A stretch of DNA of 32,000 bases from Sinorhizobium meliloti (GCF_017876815.1 NZ_JAGIOS010000001.1:840001-872000), one strand, 5' to 3'; counted from the stretch's first letter, positions 1-7,413 are shown. Numbers and translations: made by a program. The notes: generated by a model not told the origin, from the sequence alone.

Positions 1-150
1 CGGGAGGGGGCGGCGTTCCGGCCACTTCACGTCAACTTCGAGATGTGCGGTGCTGAACGGCCCGTCCGTACCGAGCCACTGCGCCTCGTAGCGGACCTCG
101 ATGGTAAGGCCCCGCCACACGATGGTGTGGGTTTCGATGGAGCGCTTCAT
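1..150 (-). CDS. hypothetical protein, N-terminal part only (gene runs off the left edge)
   Basis: ATG at 150-148 on the minus strand gives MKRSIETHTIVWRGLTIEVRYEAQWLGTDGPFSTAHLEVDVKWPERRPLP with no stop before position 1. Its ATG overlaps the stop of the upstream gene (ATGA, 147-150). No family recognised. Confidence 0.5.
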   Translation of the reverse strand, partial: MKRSIETHTIVWRGLTIEVRYEAQWLGTDGPFSTAHLEVDVKWPERRPLP

Positions 151-410
151 GAGAGCCCCCGAACGCTGGCTGTGACGCTGATAGCACGCTCCAGCCATGG
201 CCGTCCGGCAGTGTCGGATTCGCGTGCGCCCTCAACATGCGGGAGCAGACCTTCCAACGCGGAAAGCAGGGCCGGCGCACTATCGTAGAGGTGGCCGTGG
301 CACCGGACCCGCTCGCGCAGTTCACGATACTCTTCGGCGCCTCCGCGATCTTCGATGAACTGCCAGAGCGCAGCCACGAGGCTGATATCGGGTTCTATGA
401 CATTGTTCAT
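147..410 (-). CDS. hypothetical protein (87 aa)
   Basis: This is an internal start of the 147..722 track ORF: ATG at 410-408 (MNNVIEPDISLVAALWQFIEDRGG...), preceded by GGAAAGGA. The upstream part of the long ORF is Arg/Pro-rich and overlaps the better 443..676 gene in another frame. Stop is coupled to the next gene. Confidence 0.55.
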   Translation of the reverse strand: MNNVIEPDISLVAALWQFIEDRGGAEEYRELRERVRCHGHLYDSAPALLSALEGLLPHVEGARESDTAGRPWLERAISVTASVRGLS

Positions 411-442
411 GTTCGTTTCCTTTCCGAAAGTGGGAGGGGCGC

Positions 443-676
443 TTACGCGCCCGCTCCTTCGTTGTCGGCGGCTTTCGGGACCCGGAGGGTGATCCGGCCG
501 CCATTGACCGGGACCAGATCGAGCTGGAGGGTCAGGCCTTCGCCGTCCTCGTGACGCCAGGCGGCGCCGATGCGGGTCCAGAAGGATTTCTTGCCCTTCT
601 CGTCCACATGCCAGGCGATGTAGGCCGGGGCCTGATGCTCGCGGGACTTGCGGGTCTGCTTTTCGTTCTGTGTCAT
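443..676 (-). CDS. small basic hypothetical protein (77 aa), typical of integrative/conjugative element backbones; family not assigned
   Basis: ATG at 676-674 (MTQNEKQTRKSREHQAPAYIAWHVDEKGKKSFWTRIGAAWRHEDGEGLTLQLDLVPVNGGRITLR...) has AGGAG 7 nt upstream (revcomp of gctcctt at 682-688). Amino-acid composition is clean. I considered DUF736 but the sequence does not match what I remember of that family. Confidence 0.7.
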   Translation of the reverse strand: MTQNEKQTRKSREHQAPAYIAWHVDEKGKKSFWTRIGAAWRHEDGEGLTLQLDLVPVNGGRITLRVPKAADNEGAGA

Positions 677-993
677 GATTAAGCTCCTTTCGCTTGTGGT
701 TTTCCTCGACACGCCTCACCACGGAGCGGGCGGAAAAGCAGACGGTTCATGGCTGTCGCGCAGGAGGGGTATCACCCGCTTGGCAGGGAGCAATGCGACC
801 GAAAGAAGGGGAAACCCGCGCGGCACCCGAAGGGCCTGGCCTTGAAGCGGCTGCGCGCCCGATCAGGTTAGGGCGTTCCAGTCGAGGGAAATTCCTCAAG
901 CCGAACGGATGCTCTTATGACGATAGAAAAGCCGGGACACAGCCGCAACCCATGAGCACTCTCCCCGGCCACGCTTGAAAATGTGCAAAGAGA

Positions 994-1028
994 AAGGGCG
1001 CGCCCGGATGGATCGGAACGCGCCCCTT
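994..1028 (-). terminator. Candidate rho-independent terminator of the 3866->1048 operon
   Basis: GC-rich inverted repeat aagggcgcgc(994-1003)/gcgcccctt(1020-1028) gives a 9 bp stem with one bulge. It lies 20 nt past the stop at 1048 and is followed on the minus strand by tctctttgcacattttc. Confidence 0.4.
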
Positions 1029-1047
1029 AAAGTCAGGTATGACGGCG

Positions 1048-1239
1048 TTAGGCCGCGATCAGGTTGCCGGTCGCGACCAGAGCCGCCTCGTCGGTCAGGC
1101 CTGTCACGCCGGTCAGCGTGGCGATCTGCGTGAAGCCGTAAGTCGAGCCTGTGCCGTCGCGGTCGACGGAGACGGTCGTGTCAGAGCCAGACAGAGCCAG
1201 CTTGACCCGTTGCAACTGCCGATGCAGACGCAACCCCAT
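1048..1239 (-). CDS. small hypothetical peptide (63 aa), last ORF of the secreted-protein operon; C-terminus resembles type I secretion target regions
   Basis: ATG at 1239-1237 is preceded by AAAGGGG (revcomp of 1243-1249). The track ORF extends to 1266. Product is MGLRLHRQLQRVKLALSGSDTTVSVDRDGTGSTYGFTQIATLTGVTGLTDEAALVATGNLIAA. It sits between the DUF1566 gene stop (1289) and the terminator-like hairpin. Confidence 0.4.
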   Translation of the reverse strand: MGLRLHRQLQRVKLALSGSDTTVSVDRDGTGSTYGFTQIATLTGVTGLTDEAALVATGNLIAA

Positions 1240-1288
1240 ACCGCCCCTTTCAAGAACGCCCATCAAACATTCCAGGGATGGTCCTGGG

Positions 1289-2572
1289 CTAGTCGAAATT
1301 TCCCTTGCGTACGCAGCGGACTCTTAGATTGGTGGTCTTGGCGGAAGTGCTTTGCGTGCCCGTATTGAAACTCTGCTGTTGTGCATTAGCCGAGCTGGAT
1401 TCGGTCGAGGACCAGTATGTTCCCGTGGTGAACCCGCCGATGGCAGCCCGGTTGGTATACAGGCGGTTCAATTCGTCCCGCGACGGCAGATACCAGTCGC
1501 CATGGCCGTTGTTGGTCAGGTTCTCGCATAGCTGCATCGCCGGGTACTGGCTGAGTGTAGCATTATGCGCGATCCACGCCTGATCGGCCGCGCCATTCAT
1601 ATTGGAATCGGCGGCCGTATCTGCGCTGACGCTGCTCCACTGGATGGATGTGCTCTGGTCCGCCGCGGGCACATACAGCTTCGTTCCGGGAAGATTCGGA
1701 TGGTCGCCCGCATAGACCGTGCTGTCCGAGCATACGTTTCCGACACTGGCGCAGCCGGTCGGCGCGGTCTCGCTACTCGTGGCGGCGGGTTTGCGAATGC
1801 AGCGCAACAAAGTGGAGCCTGGACCATAGGACTTGATATTGGCGTCAAGTCCGTCGGGATCCTTGAAATACATCGTTAAAGCCCACGTAGAATCTACCTC
1901 CGCCGAAATCCAGTAATAGGCATACGGGTAGCCGGTGCGGTCTATATCCCCGATGAGCGTATGCGCATCGCGGATAAGCTGCATTTCATAGACCGAGGGC
2001 ATGTACCAGTCGCTGTAGCCGTGGACCGTGAGATCGCGGCAAAGCTTCGGCGCGTTGTGATTCTGAAAGCCCACGGCAGTGTCGGCGTCCGTATTGACGA
2101 TGGCGGCGGTATTGAAATGGCCGTCATAGCCGTTGGTCGTATACCCTATGTTTGTTGTCACGGTGTCGGAGCAATTGTCCCAGCATTCCCTGCTCGGGTC
2201 ACCGACGCATTTCAACCCATCCCAGGTGCGCCCGTGGTCGCAGCGCGTGGCGTAGAGCGGCTGGCCGTCGAGCGGAGAGTCGCCGATATAGACCGTGTCG
2301 TCAGCCGAGCAGACATTGCCGATCTGCGTGCAGTTGCCCGACGCCGAATCCGGGCAAGTCCATGCCGTCCCGTGGCAAAATTCTGCTCCGCAGGACGAAG
2401 CGCTGTTGTAGCGAATGGAGCCCTCCAGCGCGCCGTTGCATGTGCGGTTGTCGTAGCCGATCCTGATCGAGCCGCCCGTGAATCCGCCCGATGTTTCCTG
2501 CGCTTCCACCTGAGGCGGAAGAATAAATAACACGAACAAAACCGCCAGCGCGGCGGCACATCTTTTTGACAT
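1289..2572 (-). CDS. secreted protein with two DUF1566 (Lcl C-terminal-like) domains and an N-terminal Cys-bracketed module
   Basis: Start ATG at 2572-2570 (MSKRCAAALAVLFVLFILPPQVEAQE, signal peptide), with GGGGGA upstream and a 1-nt overlap (TAATG) with the upstream stop. There are two DUF1566-like units: ...LCRDLTVHGYSDWYMPSVYEMQLI...YYWISAE...LRCIRK and ...LCENLTNNGHGDWYLPSRDELNRLY...TYWSSTE...VRCVRK. Confidence 0.85.
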   Translation of the reverse strand: MSKRCAAALAVLFVLFILPPQVEAQETSGGFTGGSIRIGYDNRTCNGALEGSIRYNSASSCGAEFCHGTAWTCPDSASGNCTQIGNVCSADDTVYIGDSPLDGQPLYATRCDHGRTWDGLKCVGDPSRECWDNCSDTVTTNIGYTTNGYDGHFNTAAIVNTDADTAVGFQNHNAPKLCRDLTVHGYSDWYMPSVYEMQLIRDAHTLIGDIDRTGYPYAYYWISAEVDSTWALTMYFKDPDGLDANIKSYGPGSTLLRCIRKPAATSSETAPTGCASVGNVCSDSTVYAGDHPNLPGTKLYVPAADQSTSIQWSSVSADTAADSNMNGAADQAWIAHNATLSQYPAMQLCENLTNNGHGDWYLPSRDELNRLYTNRAAIGGFTTGTYWSSTESSSANAQQQSFNTGTQSTSAKTTNLRVRCVRKGNFD

Positions 2573-3564
2573 TAATTCCCCCAAGGCACCCAGTTGGATG
2601 TTCCGTCACAGACTTCGATTGAAGGATTGGCGGATGCGGAAGGCGTAATGACCACCTTGCCAGTGCTGCCCGTTCCCCCGGCACCGCCCGTTCCCGGCCC
2701 CCCGTTGGCTGCCGCCCCACCGCTTGTTGACCCGGTGCCGCCGTTGCTGCCGAGGATAACGGTATCACCATATCCGCCACCACCGCCGCCGCCGCCGCCG
2801 TCACCGCTCAGGCCGTTCCGGCCGTTCGTACTCGTTCCGCCGCCACCCGAACCGTCGGAGCCGCCGCCGCCGCCGCCGTAGGTACTATCGCCGCCATTGC
2901 CCGCACCATTATCCTTACCGGCACCGCCGCCGCCGCCGTAGGTACTGTTGCCACCGCCGCCCGAGCCGTCATCGGCGCTGCCGCCGCCGCCGCCATAGAC
3001 GCTGTTGCCTCCTGTGACACCGCCAGCAGTGCCCCCCGAAACGCCACCGCCTGCTCCACCGTTGACAAGCGCATTTGTCGCGCCGCCGCCGCCGACCCAG
3101 ACATCAAGTTGTTCGCCACCGGCAACGGTCACTGTCGCGCTGCCGTAGCCGCCGCCGCCGCCGCCGCTATTCCCATCCGCGCCGCCGCCGCCACCGCCGC
3201 CGCCTGCGACAAGCAGTGTTCCCACCGCCCGCTCAACTACACTGCCGCCGCCGCCGCCCGCGCCGCCCTCACGGCCACTGCTGCCGCCACCGCCGCCTGC
3301 GCCATAGGCCTCTATCGTGGCGGAGTCACACCCGGCAGGAACATTGTAAGTAAATGTGCCCCCCGTGGTGTATTCTGTGGGGGTGGTATTGCATGCTCCA
3401 CCGCCGCCATTGTAGCGGAGCGACCCTTCAAGGCTCGCGTCGCAGGACCGGTTATCATAGCCGATCTGGATAGAGCTTTCCGTGAAGCTAGCGGAAGTCT
3501 CCTGCGCGCGCGCAGGGGGCGCGATCAATAACGTCAGCGCGATGAGAAGGGCAGCACGCTTCAC
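2572..3564 (-). CDS. secreted glycine-rich protein (Gly_rich/PF12810-like pattern)
   Basis: GTG start at 3564-3562 overlaps the upstream stop (GTGA). Signal peptide is MKRAALLIALTLLIAPPARAQE. The motif GTFTYNVPAGCDSATIEAYGAGGGGG...GGGGGYGSATVTVAGGEQLDVWVGGGG is followed by long Gly/Ser/Asp/Asn repeats (xSxYGGGGG). The four other-frame ORFs here are low-complexity shadows. Confidence 0.8.
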   Translation of the reverse strand: MKRAALLIALTLLIAPPARAQETSASFTESSIQIGYDNRSCDASLEGSLRYNGGGGACNTTPTEYTTGGTFTYNVPAGCDSATIEAYGAGGGGGSSGREGGAGGGGGSVVERAVGTLLVAGGGGGGGGADGNSGGGGGGYGSATVTVAGGEQLDVWVGGGGATNALVNGGAGGGVSGGTAGGVTGGNSVYGGGGGSADDGSGGGGNSTYGGGGGAGKDNGAGNGGDSTYGGGGGGSDGSGGGGTSTNGRNGLSGDGGGGGGGGGYGDTVILGSNGGTGSTSGGAAANGGPGTGGAGGTGSTGKVVITPSASANPSIEVCDGTSNWVPWGN

Positions 3565-3866
3565 TCGGCTTTCGCTTTCTGCGCGATGTGTGCGTCAAAA
3601 CCGGGCGAGTCGTAGTCGGTAATCGAGCCGCCGTAAGATAGGCCCTTGCGAACATGCAGCCCGGTAGAGTCGAGACGGGCGACTTCCAGCCCGTCGATCA
3701 TGAAGCGGAAGGCTTTAACCTCTGCGTCTTCGACAATAATAACGGAATCGTTTTGTACCGCTGCTACGGTATTGATGTGCTCGTCGGCCGATAGGGCAGT
3801 GTACGGGCACAGCATCACCCAAGCCGAAATGCTTGTAATTGCTAATGCTGTAAGCGTGTACTTCAT
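3561..3866 (-). CDS. small secreted hypothetical protein (101 aa), first gene of the operon
   Basis: ATG at 3866-3864 with GAGGATGGGGA immediately upstream. Signal-peptide-like N-terminus is MKYTLTALAITSISAWVMLCPYTALSA. The stretch FRFMIDGLEVARLDSTGLHV loosely recalls the ...ERMRIDSSGNVGIG... repeat of phage tail-fibre proteins; this is a weak resemblance from memory. Confidence 0.7.
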   Translation of the reverse strand: MKYTLTALAITSISAWVMLCPYTALSADEHINTVAAVQNDSVIIVEDAEVKAFRFMIDGLEVARLDSTGLHVRKGLSYGGSITDYDSPGFDAHIAQKAKAE

Positions 3867-3946
3867 TCCCCATCCTCATAAAGGCTTTTTGGGCAAAATC
3901 GGCGAGTTTAATTGACCGTATTTGATACCTAATAATGCATAGGAAT

Positions 3947-3955
3947 ATTATATCA
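3947..3955 (-). promoter_or_regulatory. Candidate extended -10 element (TGATATAAT) for the 3866->1048 operon
   Basis: The minus strand reads tgatataat inside a conspicuously AT-rich 175-bp intergenic region, about 80 nt upstream of the ATG at 3866. No convincing -35 was seen. Confidence 0.3.
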
Positions 3956-4042
3956 TGCAGTCAGTAATGAAGCTAAATCTTCCTATTTTGTTATGTAAAT
4001 TCAGTGTGTTAAGGTATATAGAATGGCGAGAGGTCAGGGACT

Positions 4043-4258
4043 TTGGTTTTGAAAAGATCGCCAGAGGAAATCTCGGTCGAAATCGGGGGCTTGACCTACC
4101 ACGGCGCCTTTTGGACCGACAAAGATCTTGTCACGCTCCGCACGGCTTACGGCATAAAAACGAGAACACAGGGCGCTACGCCGGCCGATACAATTGCCCG
4201 GGAACTTCTCCGTGAACTGGTTCTGGAGCGGAAGGCGGACAGAACCATCTGGCTTTAG
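4043..4258 (+). CDS. small hypothetical protein (71 aa)
   Basis: TTG start with a weak RBS. Product ...ISVEIGGLTYHGAFWTDKDLVTLRTAYGIKTRTQGATPADTIARELLRELV... has protein-like composition and resembles small orphan proteins I recall only vaguely. It lies 114 bp upstream of the T4CP-like gene. Confidence 0.4.
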   Translation: MVLKRSPEEISVEIGGLTYHGAFWTDKDLVTLRTAYGIKTRTQGATPADTIARELLRELVLERKADRTIWL

Positions 4259-4372
4259 GCAGATAGTGAGCAACAGGTTCCAGAGCAGGCCGCGACCGCG
4301 CGGCAGGCCGGCACTGTGTGGCAGCGACACGAGGAATTGGCGAGGAGGGACAGCGGAAACCCGCTCTAAAAA

Positions 4373-5932
4373 ATGGCGTCGAACACGAACACGCGAGCAA
4401 CGGTAATGAACGCCTTTGTCAGTGAATTCACCCGCGACATCCCCCGCGGAATCACCACAAGATTCCTCAATCAGCAAAAGCAGCCGCAAGCCTGCTGGAT
4501 GCCGCTCGAAAGCATCCTGCGAAGCGCGGCCATGACCTACGATCCGCATAACCCCGGCGGCGCGCTGCTGGTCGGATGCTTGGGGGACAGATTGCTGGGC
4601 ATCAAAGACAATCGTCACGCCCTAATGGTCGCCGGTTCGCGCACTGGCAAATCCGTCAGTCTTGTGAACAATCTGCTGTTCTATAGAGGCAGCGTGCTGG
4701 CCCTTGATCCCAAGGGCGAGCTGGCCTCTCTTACAGCGGCCAGGCGCGCCGAACTGGGCCAGAAGATTTGTATTCTCGATCCCTTCGGAATCGTACCCGA
4801 GCGGCTCGCGCCCTATCGCGCCAGCTTCAACCCTCTCACCCTCCTCGATCAGGTGAACGACACGATCATAGAGGACGCGGGGCTGATTTCAGACGCTCTG
4901 GTCGTCGCGGGCGGCAAGGACCCGCATTGGGATGAAAGCGCCCAGAACTTGATCGAGGGGCTTCTCTTGCATGTTGCCACCGACCCGCAGTTTGAGAGGC
5001 GGCGCAATCTGATCACCGTGCGCCGTCTGATCAACAACGCTCTAGTGCCGGCGGGTGGTGACGACGATGCATTCGCACTCGAACTCGCCATGCTGAAGAA
5101 CGCGGCACGGCTGTCGCGCAACCAGAACACGGCAGACATTGGCGACGCCATCGAGGGGGCGGCCCGCGATTTCTACGAGCGTCCCGCGAACGAACGCGGG
5201 AGCGTTCTGTCGACCACACGTCGCCACACCAAGTTACTCGACTATCGCGCGATGCACCGCGTGCTGGCTGGTCACGACTTCAACCTGGCTGACCTCAAGA
5301 CCGCACCCAAGGGGATGACGATCTATCTGTGCCTCCCGGCCAACCGCATGAAGAAATGCAATCGCTGGCTGCGCCTGTTTATCAACCTGTTGCTCGATGC
5401 CATGGAACGCGAGAAGACCGAACCGGCCTGCCCGGTGCTGGTCTGCCTCGACGAGTTCCCGGTGCTCGGCCATATGCAGCAGCTTGAAGATGCGGCCGGG
5501 CAGATCGCGTCGTTTGGCGTCAAGCTATGGGTCGTGATCCAGGACTGGGGACAAGGCGTGTCGTTGTACAAGGACCGTTGGGAGACGTTCACTGGCAATG
5601 CGGGCATTCTCCAGTTCTTCGGGAACAACGACCTGATGACGACGGAGTACGTCTCGAAGCGCCTGGGCAAAACCATCGTCACGGTGACGCGGCAGAACGA
5701 AACCGCGCCCGAGCAGCGCGCATCCGGTGTTGATGGCCGGTCGGAATCGCAGGAGCAATATGACCTGCTCACCCCTGATGAGGTCAGCCGGCAATTCGCC
5801 CGCGATGACCGGCTGAAGCGCCAGCTCGTTATCTGGACGGGACATCACCCGATGGTCTTGCAGCGTATCGAGTATTTCGACAAGGCAAGCCCAGTCCACG
5901 GCATATTCGCCGGGAAGTACGGGGCTCCCTAG
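4373..5932 (+). CDS. VirD4/TraG-family type IV coupling protein homologue lacking the N-terminal transmembrane region
   Basis: Walker A is [12 protein letters not shown] (about aa 86-97) and Walker B is [13 protein letters not shown], followed by [11 protein letters not shown], as in T4SS-DNA_transf/TraG-D_C proteins. There is no hydrophobic segment in the 85 residues before Walker A. The stop TAG (5930-5932) lies inside the 64-bp repeat. Confidence 0.9.
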   Translation: MASNTNTRATVMNAFVSEFTRDIPRGITTRFLNQQKQPQACWMPLESILRSAAMTYDPHNPGGALLVGCLGDRLLGIKDNRHALMVAGSRTGKSVSLVNNLLFYRGSVLALDPKGELASLTAARRAELGQKICILDPFGIVPERLAPYRASFNPLTLLDQVNDTIIEDAGLISDALVVAGGKDPHWDESAQNLIEGLLLHVATDPQFERRRNLITVRRLINNALVPAGGDDDAFALELAMLKNAARLSRNQNTADIGDAIEGAARDFYERPANERGSVLSTTRRHTKLLDYRAMHRVLAGHDFNLADLKTAPKGMTIYLCLPANRMKKCNRWLRLFINLLLDAMEREKTEPACPVLVCLDEFPVLGHMQQLEDAAGQIASFGVKLWVVIQDWGQGVSLYKDRWETFTGNAGILQFFGNNDLMTTEYVSKRLGKTIVTVTRQNETAPEQRASGVDGRSESQEQYDLLTPDEVSRQFARDDRLKRQLVIWTGHHPMVLQRIEYFDKASPVHGIFAGKYGAP

Positions 5933-5987
5933 CCTTCCGCCTCACGCCGGGAAGATCCCTTCGACGAAGTCGGGGTTCTTTCCGGCG
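5924..5987. repeat. Direct repeat copy A (64-bp core, 61/64 identical to 10822-10885)
   Basis: gctccctagccttccgcctcacgccgggaagatcccttcgacgaagtcggggttctttccggcg aligns with copy B by eye. Weaker similarity extends over about 5867-6030. Confidence 0.85.
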
Positions 5988-6030
5988 GCTCGCCATGCTG
6001 GCGGTCGACCGCGCAAGCCTGGTGATCGGA
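5929..6030 (-). pseudogene. 3' remnant of an ankyrin-gene paralogue (no start codon)
   Basis: The minus-strand frame reads [33 protein letters not shown], bounded upstream by a TGA at 6033-6031. It parallels the C-terminus of the intact ankyrin protein (...[26 protein letters not shown]). Confidence 0.5.
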
Positions 6031-6413
6031 TCAAAACCGATCGTAGGGATTCGCAGAATCTCGCTGTCCTTCATCGCGCCGGAGACTTAACGCCGGTCTG
6101 GGTGCCGGACGAAATACATGGGTCAGCACTTTGCTTACAATTTTGCTTGAAATAGGTCATGGAGGGATCGACACCCGCATGGGTCGATAAGTCCTTCGAA
6201 GCCTTGGCCAAGCAGGGGGGCTCGGGGGTCGCGCTTGCTTGCAAAGATATGCTGGAGTCATTCGCGTATCTTGGCTCCGGCATCGCGCGCGCCGGCGTTC
6301 TCAGGCTCAGAAAAGCGCCGGAATTGCCAATCCTATGAGCGTGAACAGGCCACAAGAGAGACTTGCATAGCGATCGCCCGCGCCTCATCCCGGCGCCGAA
6401 TTAACCGACGGCC

Positions 6414-6749
6414 TCACTCGAAAATCGCGGCCACCTTCGCCAGCACTTCGTTGATGATTGCCACCGGCACCTTCTCCAGCTTCCGGCCATGCCCCGAACC
6501 GATATCGAGGGCGCGCGGCTGATCGCAGCGCACTACCCCCGTCGTCTGCGTTCCCGCGCCAACCAGCGAGACTGCAAACCCCGCGGTGCGGGCAAAATTG
6601 CCGCCCGTGATGATCGGCAGCACGATCGGCATCCGCGTCAGACGGTTAAACGGCCCCGGTGACACGACCAGCACCGGGCGCGTGCCTTGCTGCTTATGCC
6701 TGGAGGTGGGACCAAGCGAGATGAGGTAAATATCGCCACGCTCCATCAC
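6414..6749 (-). CDS. mazF: type II toxin, PemK/MazF-family mRNA interferase
   Basis: MMERGDIYLISLGPTSRHKQQGTRPVLVVSPGPFNRLTRMPIVLPIITGGNFARTAGFAVSL...GVVRCDQPRALD matches the MazF/ChpB pattern. The start overlaps the antitoxin stop (ATGA). Confidence 0.9.
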   Translation of the reverse strand: MMERGDIYLISLGPTSRHKQQGTRPVLVVSPGPFNRLTRMPIVLPIITGGNFARTAGFAVSLVGAGTQTTGVVRCDQPRALDIGSGHGRKLEKVPVAIINEVLAKVAAIFE

Positions 6750-7006
6750 AATAGCTCCTGGCCAGTGGTGGGCCTACCGGCCAGCCAGTCCCTATCCACC
6801 GCCGGACTCTCCGCTGAGGCATCGCATTGCGCCAACAGCTGCTCCAGCGTGTAACGCGGCCGCATCCGCGGTTCGATCACCAAACGGCCGTTGTCGACCA
6901 CCAGATCCACGGCCGACCCCGCAACAAGATGCAGCTGCTCAAGCAGTGGCCGCGGCACGGCCAGCATCACCGAGCCCCCCACCTTGCGCAAATTTGTCGT
7001 GTGCAT
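6746..7006 (-). CDS. mazE: type II antitoxin, AbrB/MazE/SpoVT-family
   Basis: MHTTNLRKVGGSVMLAVPRPLLEQLHLVAGSAVDLVVDNGRLVIEP is a SpoVT/AbrB swapped-hairpin motif. The gene lies immediately upstream of, and overlaps, the toxin gene. Confidence 0.85.
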   Translation of the reverse strand: MHTTNLRKVGGSVMLAVPRPLLEQLHLVAGSAVDLVVDNGRLVIEPRMRPRYTLEQLLAQCDASAESPAVDRDWLAGRPTTGQELL

Positions 7007-7018
7007 AAAACCCCCTAC

Positions 7019-7036
7019 GTTATATTTAAATATAAC
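7019..7036. promoter_or_regulatory. Perfect 18-bp palindrome, candidate mazEF operator
   Basis: gttatatttaaatataac lies 13 nt upstream of the mazE ATG (7006). Confidence 0.5.
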
Positions 7037-7413
7037 ACATCGGCTCCCGCTTATTCAACATCGCCGTCCTCCGCACCGACGGCGCGTCTGATATGTCTCG
7101 GGAGCGGGAGCGGCCGCCGAGGCGGGCCGCTCGCTTAGACGAAGAGCGGTGTGAAAGAGATAAAAAAAGAGAGCCAGTTAGGGGCAGGCACTTGTCATGA
7201 CGCCATTGGTGCCGCTTTGCGCCACCGCGACAAACAGACCATTGCCGTAGGGGTATTATATGCAGGCGCGGTCGGCTAAAGGCTGTCGTCTTGGCGTGGA
7301 GAATACGGAGGCATAAAACGCCCACCCGGCGGCTGAATCGTGAGATATTCAGGCATGGCATTCCGCTTCGACCTGATCATTTTCGAGAAATTCACTAGCC
7401 CCAAGGGTGCGGC

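Noticed and set aside
443-676. Assignment of the 77-aa protein to DUF736
   Set aside because: The sequence does not match the DUF736 pattern as I recall it (…IGTFT…G…, longer proteins), so it was left unassigned.
147-722. Long versions of the two small minus-strand ORFs (191 aa and 89 aa)
   Set aside because: The N-terminal extensions overlap each other in different frames and are Arg/Pro-rich. Internal ATGs at 410 and 676 have good RBSs, so the shorter calls were preferred.
2774-3200. Possible CRISPR or simple tandem-repeat array
   Set aside because: The periodicity is triplet-based and in frame within a coding gene. There is no repeat-spacer architecture and there are no cas genes.
2594-3531. 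Pro-rich (2594..2881), Arg-rich (3075..3353) and Ala-rich (2808..3125, 3109..3531) ORFs
   Set aside because: These are frame and strand shadows of the (GGC)n-rich glycine-rich gene. Only the 2572..3564 minus frame has a signal peptide, translational coupling and a recognisable Gly-rich-domain pattern.
4034-4618. 194-aa minus-strand ORF
   Set aside because: It is antisense to the start of the T4CP-like gene and to the 71-aa ORF, and its translation is Arg/Leu/Ser-rich.
5829-6074. 81-aa minus-strand ORF
   Set aside because: It overlaps the 3' end of the T4CP-like gene and reads the repeat in a different frame from the ankyrin tail. It is Arg-rich. The equivalent ORF 10685..10993 at repeat copy B is rejected for the same reason.
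6159-6338. 59-aa plus-strand ORF (MEGSTPAWVDKSFEALAKQGGSGVALACKDMLESF...) in the unassigned 6031-6413 stretch
   Set aside because: Its composition is protein-like, but it has no RBS, no recognisable family, and is below the track threshold. The evidence is insufficient to call a gene, so the 0.4-kb stretch stays unexplained.
7026-7361. 111-aa minus-strand ORF between mazE and the 1048-aa gene
   Set aside because: It is Arg/Ser/Cys-rich with no RBS, and it overlaps the mazEF promoter and operator. The region is more likely the 3' UTR and terminator of the large gene.
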